Virus record (IMG/VR): IMGVR_UViG_3300011339_000259
Location: 1 to 35,234 of that record
Strand: one strand, 5' to 3'
Length of the DNA: 35,234 nucleotides
From: a virus
Lineage: Duplodnaviria; Caudoviricetes
Shown here: positions 19,032-26,548 of the stretch, piece after piece
Position numbering within the stretch: position 1 is the stretch's first letter
Layout of the letters: each line of letters begins with the position of its first letter
The notes under the pieces: generated by a model
The model's input: the letters and a program-made list of their open reading frames with translations, nothing else
The model's database searches: none
Told to the model about the DNA's origin: nothing
Translations under genes and position numbers: made by a program

Positions 19032-20255
19032 TTAGGCTAAGTACTTATCTGCTTTAATCTGCTTGCCTTGGGTCTTTTTGCCAGTGCGAGCTTGACGCAC
19101 TCTGTCCATCATCTTGTACAACTGTTTGGCTCCTGCTTCAGACGAGCCATTACCGAGGTGGGAAACCACATCGGCAGGAATCACGAACTCTTCGTTGGCT
19201 AAACGGGCGGGTTGTTTACCAGCAATAGTGGCGGGGATGTTGTCAGACATGCCATCGCCGGGGCCTTTGAGCATACGACCGCCACCAGCATAGTCAGAAT
19301 ATCCGCCCAAATCAGCAAGCCCCCCTTGAGCGTAGCGTGGCTTGTAAGGGGTAGGGGGATTAATGTTTTGCGAAGTATATTGAGCGGGATCGTACCGAAA
19401 CTTACTTAACGGGCCATCGTACGGTGTTGCCCCACCAAGTTCTTTTTTCTTTTTAAACATCCCCATGATGGTGGGCGCAGCAAGCGCAGCAACCCCACCA
19501 TACAGCAGCTTGTCTTTTGGCTTCGCTTCTTTATAGTCTTTGTAAAGTTCTTTAAATACGTCTCCCAATCCACCCAAAGGATTGCCGGGTGCTTGCGGGT
19601 TGTACTGTGCGGCAGCATTCTTCAGTGCAAGATTTTCTTCAATAGGACTAAGTTGTGTTGGTTGTATAGGTACATCCGTCAGGGCTCGTGATAACAGTTC
19701 TTGAGCAGGCACATTATTTTGTGCCGCCTGCATAGCGGTTTGTGCTTGTTGCAAAAAAGGGCTTTGGGTCAAGTTTGCTGAAGGCACTTGCAACATCTCA
19801 GGCGTAACGCCACTGTTTACTAAGTTGTTTGTCGCATATGCTGTTTCTATGCCGGGGCCTGCGGTGGGTATACCACCTGTAATTTGTGCTATCTGGTCAG
19901 GAGACAACGTGTTCAAAGCAGTAGTGTTAAGTCCTTCAAACATTGCTGGTTTAAGCGCGGTTTGAAGTTGCCCCAAAACCTCGGGGCTGGTGGTGGCCAA
20001 CTGCTCTACAAAAGTGGGGACTCCCCCACTTAACGCTCCAGTCGTTGCCGTTCCTACCCCATACATTCCCGGTATTGCGCTGGCTAACGCCCCTAAACCT
20101 GCCGGTACTGCCGACAAAGCCCCCGCAGCCGCAGGTGTGTATGCCGCCATGTTTGCCGCAGCAAGGGCGTTAGAGGCCATGACTTCGGAGGCAAGCGCAG
20201 TTGTGCCTAATTCTGCGGCGGCGGCTTGAGCAACAACGGGTTCAAATCCAGACAT
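19032..20255 (-). CDS. Ala-rich ejection/internal virion protein with C-terminal GPGDGMSDNIPA...EFV domain, 407 aa
   Basis: Hydrophobic Ala/Gly N-terminus and an internal hydrophobic helix. The C-terminal domain resembles the GPG..SD.IPA.L..GEFV motif of tape-measure proteins. SD GAGGT. Confidence 0.75.
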   Translation of the reverse strand: MSGFEPVVAQAAAAELGTTALASEVMASNALAAANMAAYTPAAAGALSAVPAGLGALASAIPGMYGVGTATTGALSGGVPTFVEQLATTSPEVLGQLQTALKPAMFEGLNTTALNTLSPDQIAQITGGIPTAGPGIETAYATNNLVNSGVTPEMLQVPSANLTQSPFLQQAQTAMQAAQNNVPAQELLSRALTDVPIQPTQLSPIEENLALKNAAAQYNPQAPGNPLGGLGDVFKELYKDYKEAKPKDKLLYGGVAALAAPTIMGMFKKKKELGGATPYDGPLSKFRYDPAQYTSQNINPPTPYKPRYAQGGLADLGGYSDYAGGGRMLKGPGDGMSDNIPATIAGKQPARLANEEFVIPADVVSHLGNGSSEAGAKQLYKMMDRVRQARTGKKTQGKQIKADKYLA

Positions 20256-20282
20256 AATTACCTCGTATAAAAGGGGTGGTTG

Positions 20283-20311
20283 ATCGTATCATGTTGGGCA
20301 TTTAATATCAA
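20283..20311 (-). promoter_or_regulatory. Sigma70-like promoter upstream of the ejection module
   Basis: Minus strand TTGATA-17 nt-TACGAT with extended -10 TGn, in the largest intergenic gap of the late run. Confidence 0.65.
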
Positions 20312-20313
20312 TG

Positions 20314-20709
20314 TTATGGGGTGACTGTGCCTACTGCACCAGATCCAGAAACACCTGTCAAGCTACGAGTCATTGTGCCCCCAACAGGCCCAACATTGCC
20401 TACTGACCCTGAAGCTTGTACTCCCGGCAAAGAAACAGGCACTTTAATACGTAACACATTTGTACCTGTTTGTAGCGTACCGCCTTGTGTATCCCTGTAC
20501 ACATCCCCCTCACGTAGGGTTTCAAAATCCGCGTCTGTGGGCAGTGTGCGCAGGTCAAGGTTCATTGCCGCCAAATTTAATTGCTGAACCGTATTGATAT
20601 TGTTGAAGAACAGCCGGATCACGTTACTTAACGAATTCATGTACGCTTGGTCATACTCCGCAGGAGCTTGCGGAATATTGGGGGCCGAGCGGTTTTGGAG
20701 CATTGACAT
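20314..20709 (-). CDS. Small tail protein (needle/plug position) with two TGV-x-A-x-G-x-VG repeats at the C-terminus
   Basis: Follows the gp10-like gene; APNIPQAPAEYDQ.Y N-terminus, short helix, repeat tail. Confidence 0.6.
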   Translation of the reverse strand: MSMLQNRSAPNIPQAPAEYDQAYMNSLSNVIRLFFNNINTVQQLNLAAMNLDLRTLPTDADFETLREGDVYRDTQGGTLQTGTNVLRIKVPVSLPGVQASGSVGNVGPVGGTMTRSLTGVSGSGAVGTVTP

Positions 20710-22809
20710 TTATCTACGCCCATCAGGACGCACATCAATTCTGGGTGCGCCTAGTTGCCATGTTGTGCCAATTTGATCCGAGGAAATCTTAAAAAACATC
20801 TGACGACCACGAGCGCGTGTGTAAACAATCCCCGTGTACTCTTCAGTAATAACGTAGTTGGAACCTTTTGTTACGGTTGCCGCCGCCGGATCTCCAGTGC
20901 CAGACCCTGAGCTTTGCATGGGGTACAGCGTCATTGTCACTTTAGGTGTAGGGCTAGAAGCTGAACCCCCAAACGTCAAGTCAGGAACAATACGCCATAC
21001 ATAACCAAAGTTATGGCCATCCCCAATGTCAAACTCAGAAGAAGATATATTGGCAGGCAGCGCGGTTTGCGTCCCCAACACATAAGAATCTACACCATCT
21101 TCGTGCTGCACTAACTCACTATCGTAAGTAGCTGCAACAGGGCGGGGCAACAGGCCAGAGTCCAGCCAAGCCGAACGACCTAAGTTGCCGTAATACCATA
21201 CGTTTTCTACGTAGTTATAGATCACATAGCGGTCAGTTGCAGTTGCGTCTGCCGAGCAATAGAACCACCAGATTTCATTAAAGCCTTCGTTTGTACCTGC
21301 GTAGACTTGTTGGGATTGCAAAATGTTGAAATCTTGGAATACGTAGCGGCGCAAGTCGCAGTTCAATGTCTGCACACGACCATCGTACTTGTAGAACTTG
21401 TCAATACCCATCCAGTACACCGCGCCAGAGGCAATCACAGCGGCATTAGGGCCAACGATAGACACGTTGTCGGCAATCAGTTGAGCAGTCCAAACAAAGG
21501 GTGGGCCAACATACTGGAGCGAGTAAATGGAAGAGTCCGTGAAAACCACAATCTCTTGGCGAGACTGGACGGCTGTAATAATGGACGAGCCGTGAGAAAG
21601 CTGCAAACTACCCGCTTGATTAGTAATATCCGGCGCCCATACGTATGGGTTTTCTTGCTCAGACCAACGGATTAGCATTGGGTTTAAGGTAGTACTGCCA
21701 TAGTCATTCGTGCCAAATACCAAAACAAAGCGGCTGGCATCTGAGACAAGAAGGTAATTCTGAAAAATAGGTGTGTTGGCATCCCCAACACTTGCCAAAT
21801 TAATACCACGTTGAGAGATGCGTTGCGTACCTGATTGACCGCCTGATGTGGTGATTGGTGTACCGTTAGCGGATGTAGCCACATTGAATGTGCCACCTGT
21901 GGAGTTCACTACAAAATAGACTGTACCCACGGCTAAGCCAGTAGGCAAAGCGCCCGTAGATGTAAACGTGACGTTCATGCCGTTAGTAAATGAGAAACCA
22001 CTAGGCAATGTGATAACGCCGGGGGCTGCAATAGAGATGGTGATCTGGATGGGGGACAAACCTATTTCGGCGTTCCAGTAATAGATTCCTTGACCACGGG
22101 GGCCGTAGATTAAATCTTCACCAAAGTTTTGCTGATTCCACAACTGCAAGGAAGTGGTATTGCTAGAACCTATACCCCAAGTACCGCCGCCCCAAATGCC
22201 ACCGCCCCAGCCAACCAAAGGGATTTGATAAGACGGCCCAGTATTAGTCTCGTATTGCGTTATGACTGTACCGCCGCCGGGAGAGCCAGAAGCGTCTGTG
22301 GCATTTGCAGTGGCTGACACCGTGATGGTGTAAGTATTGTTGTCAACAAAAGTAATCTGAAATGTGTTTTTAAGTACCGTGGCAGTGATGTTGCCGCCAA
22401 GTCCTACGATACCTGCGCCACTGTACGTAACAAAGTCCCCCGCAAGGCAACCGTGGTTGACATCAGTAACTGAAATAACAGCCGAACCATTGGTAGCCGT
22501 GAACGGGTTAGTCAGCGTAATTGTTTTGCGGATGGGCGTGATGTCATAGTACGCACCACCACTCATAATGTAGAACTTGAGGTTTGTGCCAACGCCCACT
22601 AAATTAAGCGCCGCAAGAGTAATCCAGTTCCACAAAGAACGGCAGATGCCAAGGAATGTACCTGTTGCAAACGGAGTCCAGCCACCGATCTTCTCGGGGT
22701 TGCCCTGACGAAAACGAATCTTGTCGCACTCATACCATCCACCCTCGGTGGTGTATCGTGTATTTTCCCGGTTAACCCCGGGTTTAAACAAGAATTTAAT
22801 AAGTGGCAT
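20710..22809 (-). CDS. Tail stabilisation / nozzle protein (P22 gp10 / tubular protein B-like), 699 aa
   Basis: KPGVNRE...GGW...KIRFR N-terminus; beta-propeller-like IRWS, VYWMG, EIWWFY; C-terminal RARGRQ...DGRR; two Thr-rich inserted beta domains. Confidence 0.8.
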   Translation of the reverse strand: MPLIKFLFKPGVNRENTRYTTEGGWYECDKIRFRQGNPEKIGGWTPFATGTFLGICRSLWNWITLAALNLVGVGTNLKFYIMSGGAYYDITPIRKTITLTNPFTATNGSAVISVTDVNHGCLAGDFVTYSGAGIVGLGGNITATVLKNTFQITFVDNNTYTITVSATANATDASGSPGGGTVITQYETNTGPSYQIPLVGWGGGIWGGGTWGIGSSNTTSLQLWNQQNFGEDLIYGPRGQGIYYWNAEIGLSPIQITISIAAPGVITLPSGFSFTNGMNVTFTSTGALPTGLAVGTVYFVVNSTGGTFNVATSANGTPITTSGGQSGTQRISQRGINLASVGDANTPIFQNYLLVSDASRFVLVFGTNDYGSTTLNPMLIRWSEQENPYVWAPDITNQAGSLQLSHGSSIITAVQSRQEIVVFTDSSIYSLQYVGPPFVWTAQLIADNVSIVGPNAAVIASGAVYWMGIDKFYKYDGRVQTLNCDLRRYVFQDFNILQSQQVYAGTNEGFNEIWWFYCSADATATDRYVIYNYVENVWYYGNLGRSAWLDSGLLPRPVAATYDSELVQHEDGVDSYVLGTQTALPANISSSEFDIGDGHNFGYVWRIVPDLTFGGSASSPTPKVTMTLYPMQSSGSGTGDPAAATVTKGSNYVITEEYTGIVYTRARGRQMFFKISSDQIGTTWQLGAPRIDVRPDGRR

Positions 22810-22811
22810 TT

Positions 22812-23153
22812 TTAACCAACGTTGCGTTCAAAGTGAGGGCAATCTACCAAAGACTTGAAGTTCCCGCCCCAACGGTTCTTAGAGTGCAGGGACTCCCAGT
22901 AAGCGCCAAGAGGGGCAAGAATGCCTTTATCCCAAATGATTTTTCCATCCTTGAAGAAGTTCAGGTCTATGGCACAGCGCTTTAGATGGATGGAATTCAT
23001 TGTCTTGGAACGCCCCGTCTTAAAATAAATTGCTTGCTGTTCGGGCGTACGAGCCAGTTCCCCGCCGGTCACCACGAATCCTTGGTCTGTAGCATATTGG
23101 ATTAGCTTACACATGTCCAGCAAAAATGCAGCTTGTTCAGTGTTAAGGCTCAT
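22812..23153 (-). CDS. Endolysin, peptidase M15 family (L-Ala-D-Glu endopeptidase-like)
   Basis: RTPEQQ, SIH...AIDL, RWGG.F and DCPHFE zinc-peptidase motifs. Confidence 0.9.
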   Translation of the reverse strand: MSLNTEQAAFLLDMCKLIQYATDQGFVVTGGELARTPEQQAIYFKTGRSKTMNSIHLKRCAIDLNFFKDGKIIWDKGILAPLGAYWESLHSKNRWGGNFKSLVDCPHFERNVG

Positions 23154-23659
23154 TTCTTCCTCATTTCAGCAAGTTTCTCGACAGTTCTACCGCCAAAGTA
23201 AGCGCCCATAATCAGCATCCCCCAGTTACCCAGTAAGGTGACGTAGGACTCGTTAGCGTTGTACCCAAAAGCCGACATCATGGCAAATAGAAAATAGCCT
23301 AAAAAGATGGCGATCAGGCTCATGGGTCGAATGTTCTTGGACAGCCAAGAGTCGCTGGACATATCCGCTTCCCAGCGGTCTGTAATGTTGTCGGCATCGT
23401 TCTGTGCTGCTTTTGCCAGTAGATCAAGTTCAGCTAAATCCATCTTGGCCTTCTCAATGCCAAGCTCAAGCAGGCGCTCCTCATGCTCAAACTGAAGCTG
23501 GCGCAGGTTGCTGACCTCTTCGGGAGTTGGATTGTCGGGAATCTTTACGCCGAGTGTGTTCTCAACCACCTCTTTGCCCTTGGCTTGGATGGCGCTGGAA
23601 AGCAGGGTAAGGCCGTTTTGGGCTAGGCTACCGAGGAGGGATGCGACTATTGGGATCAT
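23150..23659 (-). CDS. Holin (3TM / GTA-release holin-like)
   Basis: DSWLSKNIRP...GAYFGGRT.EK with hydrophobic segments; ATGA overlap with the endolysin; ATG 23659 is preceded by AAGGA. Confidence 0.8.
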   Translation of the reverse strand: MIPIVASLLGSLAQNGLTLLSSAIQAKGKEVVENTLGVKIPDNPTPEEVSNLRQLQFEHEERLLELGIEKAKMDLAELDLLAKAAQNDADNITDRWEADMSSDSWLSKNIRPMSLIAIFLGYFLFAMMSAFGYNANESYVTLLGNWGMLIMGAYFGGRTVEKLAEMRKK

Positions 23660-23933
23660 CTCGTTTTTCCTTTTCAACTTCTCTGCGTACTTTTTCCATT
23701 TTCTCTATCTGCTGTTTGGCTTCATGCTTTGTTTGCTGCACGTCCATGTACAACATCCCAAGCAGCGGGAGCAGTAACACAACAAGAACACAAGCCGCTA
23801 TCCATCCCACAACTATCTCCCAATCCTGTACAAGAGGCCGAGGAGCAACCACATATATAGGAGGAATAGGAAAGTCGCCAGCAGATACGCTTGCCTTTCT
23901 TTTAGGAGCCGCTCCTTTTCCTTGCGTTGCCAT
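23628..23933 (-). CDS. Single-pass membrane protein with C-terminal coiled coil, 101 aa
   Basis: TM IVVGWIAACVLVVLLLPLLGMLY followed by a charged helix; overlaps both neighbours. Confidence 0.65.
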   Translation of the reverse strand: MATQGKGAAPKRKASVSAGDFPIPPIYVVAPRPLVQDWEIVVGWIAACVLVVLLLPLLGMLYMDVQQTKHEAKQQIEKMEKVRREVEKEKRDDPNSRIPPR

Positions 23934-24481
23934 GATTCATCATCTCGCTTCTTCCTTGCTTTGTCCTGCTCTACCTTGATGACATCCCGCATTTCAAACA
24001 CTTTGGAGTATAAGGCTCCCATCTCTTTTGGAGCGCCGTATACCATAGCTTCCCTTATCTCAACCTCCAACGCTGCCATCTGGTCTTGAGCCATTACCCG
24101 CTTCAGGGCGGCTTCCATCAGGTTAGCGTCGGGGTCGTAGACAGTTTTGCTCTTCTCTTCCTCTTCCCTTATGTGGTCAGCAAGCTGTTCTTGTAGCTTA
24201 AAGAACTGAGACAACTGAGTAACGATATCTGCCATGACTTGGGTTTCGTCAACGGCAACGTAGGCTTCCTTCTTTTTCGCCACAGGCTTGGAGCTTGTGG
24301 TGGGCGCTGTTCCGAAGAGCTTTGCCCAGAATCCTCTGACTGCTTTGACATCTGATGCAACCTCATCAACAGTCTTTTTGATCTCCATGAAAGACGTTTT
24401 AGCTTCTTTATAGAGTTTGCACCCTTGCTTAATAGCGGCAACGCAAGCGTTAGCTGCAAAGAGGATGCTGAGAGGATCAAT
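23813..24481 (-). CDS. Coiled-coil membrane protein, probably 222 aa from a non-canonical ATT start
   Basis: Frame is open 31 codons upstream of ATG 24388 (IDPLSILFAANACVAAIKQGCKLYKEAKTSF), up to ATT directly after a TAA; C-terminal TM segment. Confidence 0.7.
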   Translation of the reverse strand: MDPLSILFAANACVAAIKQGCKLYKEAKTSFMEIKKTVDEVASDVKAVRGFWAKLFGTAPTTSSKPVAKKKEAYVAVDETQVMADIVTQLSQFFKLQEQLADHIREEEEKSKTVYDPDANLMEAALKRVMAQDQMAALEVEIREAMVYGAPKEMGALYSKVFEMRDVIKVEQDKARKKRDDESWQRKEKERLLKERQAYLLATFLFLLYMWLLLGLLYRIGR

Positions 24482-24511
24482 TTACAGCCCCAGAAGTTTC
24501 TTGGTGGTCAT
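24482..24511 (-). pseudogene. 9-codon mini-ORF MTTKKLLGL*, probable gene remnant / translational relay
   Basis: ATG overlaps the upstream TGA (ATGA), and its TAA abuts the in-frame ATT of the next gene. Confidence 0.5.
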
Positions 24512-24921
24512 GGTGTTACCTCAACCCAAGACAATGTTGTTTCGTTCCACTGATAAACTTCATTGTCATCAGGGTATGGAATTGGCGCACTCCATGTCAT
24601 TGTGTCTAAGTAGCCAATCCATGATGGATAAGGTCTACGAGCTTCATGCTCTGCGGTTCTTGCGGCTGTGTACTCTGTTTCAGTCAATACCTGTAATACA
24701 CCCGCAATCGTAGTGTCTGCATCGTCATCACAAGTACCGTAGTATTTTGGCGCTCTTAAATATGTGCCTGTCGAGTCTGTACTAATAGGCCATGTTGATT
24801 TATCTGCCCACTTAAATTGCCACCCTTTAACGGCAGGCATAGATGGCCCTGTGCGCTGCGGCTCAACTGTGCAAGGTATTTTTGTTATTGCGTCTACTTC
24901 AGTAATGCAAATATATTTCAT
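24508..24921 (-). CDS. Adhesin-associated accessory/chaperone-like protein, 137 aa
   Basis: PYPSW...W.APIPYPDD...YQWNE..LSW C-terminal motif, typical of proteins downstream of phage adhesins. Confidence 0.65.
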   Translation of the reverse strand: MKYICITEVDAITKIPCTVEPQRTGPSMPAVKGWQFKWADKSTWPISTDSTGTYLRAPKYYGTCDDDADTTIAGVLQVLTETEYTAARTAEHEARRPYPSWIGYLDTMTWSAPIPYPDDNEVYQWNETTLSWVEVTP

Positions 24922-24932
24922 ATTATTATTTC

Positions 24933-25574
24933 CTATACTGCGACACGGCGAATAGCTCTACATTGAGCTAGACTTGCTTTAGCTTGGCTTGATTGAGCTC
25001 CACTACCAGTATTTTGTCTCTTTACATTGGTAGCAGATTCTTCTGTGCTAGATATGTAAGGGTCAACTTCCATTGCTTCTGCGCCTCCAGTTTGAAAAAC
25101 TAGGGAAGAGGTTTGTGCAGGTGTTCCCGCAGTGTAATTACTAGCCCTTGCAGGTACAGCATTTGCATTTATTCCTGAACCTGTGTCATTGCTTGTTGTC
25201 GTTGGTTTAAGGTTGTAATATAAAATTTCAAATTCATTTTTAGCCGGCATATACCAATCGCTAAATCCACCAATTACCAAATCATTGCAAAAATGCGCGG
25301 CTGGATAAACAGTTGAGCTACCACCAGCTACCATATCAGCAGTATTTTGAGTGCCGTCAACATCACTATCAGCGCCAGTGGTAGCTGTATTTGCATTTTT
25401 ATATTGCTGCACAGATTGACCAGTTGAAAATGGCGAAATTACAAGGTTGTAATCAGCAATACCATTACCAGCAGTGGATATTTGACCAGCAAAGAACCCA
25501 CCGCCATAAGGGTCGCCAATTTTTAAACCAAAGCCTCTTAAGTTTTGGTATACCGCTTGTAAAGCACCACTCAT
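24933..25574 (-). CDS. DUF1566 / Lcl-type C-type-lectin-fold receptor-binding protein
   Basis: IGDPYGGGFFAG, AAHFC, GGFSDWYMPAKNE, SSTE and CRAIRR motifs; ATG 25574 overlaps the upstream stop (ATGA). Confidence 0.75.
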   Translation of the reverse strand: MSGALQAVYQNLRGFGLKIGDPYGGGFFAGQISTAGNGIADYNLVISPFSTGQSVQQYKNANTATTGADSDVDGTQNTADMVAGGSSTVYPAAHFCNDLVIGGFSDWYMPAKNEFEILYYNLKPTTTSNDTGSGINANAVPARASNYTAGTPAQTSSLVFQTGGAEAMEVDPYISSTEESATNVKRQNTGSGAQSSQAKASLAQCRAIRRVAV

Positions 25575-26104
25575 GTCAATCCACTCCCTGAAATTAACCA
25601 AGTTGTTGAAGTCATTTTGATAGCCGTTGCTGACCCATATTGCGCCAAAGTGCGTGAACCAGTTGTACCAGCAGAACTCAAATACATTGTGTCTGAGGTG
25701 ATTGCAATTGTTACAGCTTGAGAAGTCATGTTGATAAATGTGATTGCCGTACCTAATGGATAAGCCACGTTTGCATTTGAATCAATGGTAAATGTTCTAG
25801 CATTAGCATCAGTTGATGGGTGAAAAATAACTTTGCCCGAATCTGCCAACACAGTTGTGTATGCCGCACTTTGGCTATTAAATGGAATGGTTCTAAAACC
25901 AACGGCGTTTGTTCCATCGACTGTGCAGTTACTCAAAGTTCCAGATGTGGGTGTACCTAAAACTGGAGTGACCAAAGTAGGAACGCCAGCGGAACTTATC
26001 GTAATACCCGTGTTACCAGCACCTTGCAACACCAATGAACCAGACGCATCGCCTGTAATGACTGCGCCACCTGTTGAAGTATCCGCATTTAGAATCGTAG
26101 CCAT
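25571..26104 (-). CDS. Tail fibre/adhesin stalk protein, 177 aa
   Basis: Thr/Ser/Gly-rich beta protein; TPVLGTPTSGTLSNCT; NSQSAAYT.VLADSGK...WLISGSGLT domain common in phage tail proteins. Confidence 0.7.
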   Translation of the reverse strand: MATILNADTSTGGAVITGDASGSLVLQGAGNTGITISSAGVPTLVTPVLGTPTSGTLSNCTVDGTNAVGFRTIPFNSQSAAYTTVLADSGKVIFHPSTDANARTFTIDSNANVAYPLGTAITFINMTSQAVTIAITSDTMYLSSAGTTGSRTLAQYGSATAIKMTSTTWLISGSGLT

Positions 26105-26126
26105 GAGTTACTCCAGTGGTTGAATT
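26100..26126. repeat. Cassette-junction repeat, copy 1
   Basis: GCCATGAGTTACTCCAGTGGTTGAATT; 25/27 identical to 28617-28643. Confidence 0.85.
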
Positions 26127-26548
26127 GCTTTTAGTGCGTCTACTGAAAGCGCAGAAGCAAGGGCTGGAGCCAAGGTTGCAGGTAAGTCACGCAGTTCTTG
26201 TTTGCGCTCTCTAATCTGAGTCAAGGCATCTACATCCCCAATATCTTGCGCTTTAGTAGCTTGAATATCTAACTTTGACAATTCAGCGTTGCGTTTAATG
26301 CGGATACTCTCTAAATGAATACTCCGAGCTTTAGCCATATCAATATCAATGGTAAGTTCAGGAGTAGTGTCTGCCCAAGCATTGCGAAAATCTCTATCAG
26401 TTGGAATTACATCATCCGGCATATCCCTATGGCTTATGTATTTTCCAGGGTTTACCAATTTCCATTTAAGCAAAGCGTCATCAAAATCATACCCCTCTAC
26501 TAAATTCATAATTGCAATACCATTTGTGGTTTTAATTACTGTTTTCAT
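26108..26548 (-). CDS. Tail fibre assembly chaperone-like protein (146 aa from ATG 26548)
   Basis: IPTDRDFRNAW, IDMAKAR, RNAELSKLD and KQELRDLP motifs; TAATG overlap with the upstream gene. Confidence 0.75.
   Translation of the reverse strand: MKTVIKTTNGIAIMNLVEGYDFDDALLKWKLVNPGKYISHRDMPDDVIPTDRDFRNAWADTTPELTIDIDMAKARSIHLESIRIKRNAELSKLDIQATKAQDIGDVDALTQIRERKQELRDLPATLAPALASALSVDALKAIQPLE

Noticed and set aside
23659-23677. Holin/antiholin dual start (TTG-KRKNE-ATG)
   Set aside because: The upstream TTG lacks a convincing SD, and the sequence is constrained by the overlapping 101-aa gene. Possible but unsupported.
25575-25601. Longer upstream starts from the ORF track (25601, also 26578, 32588, 954)
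   Set aside because: Downstream ATGs with stop-start overlaps or better SD spacing are more plausible.
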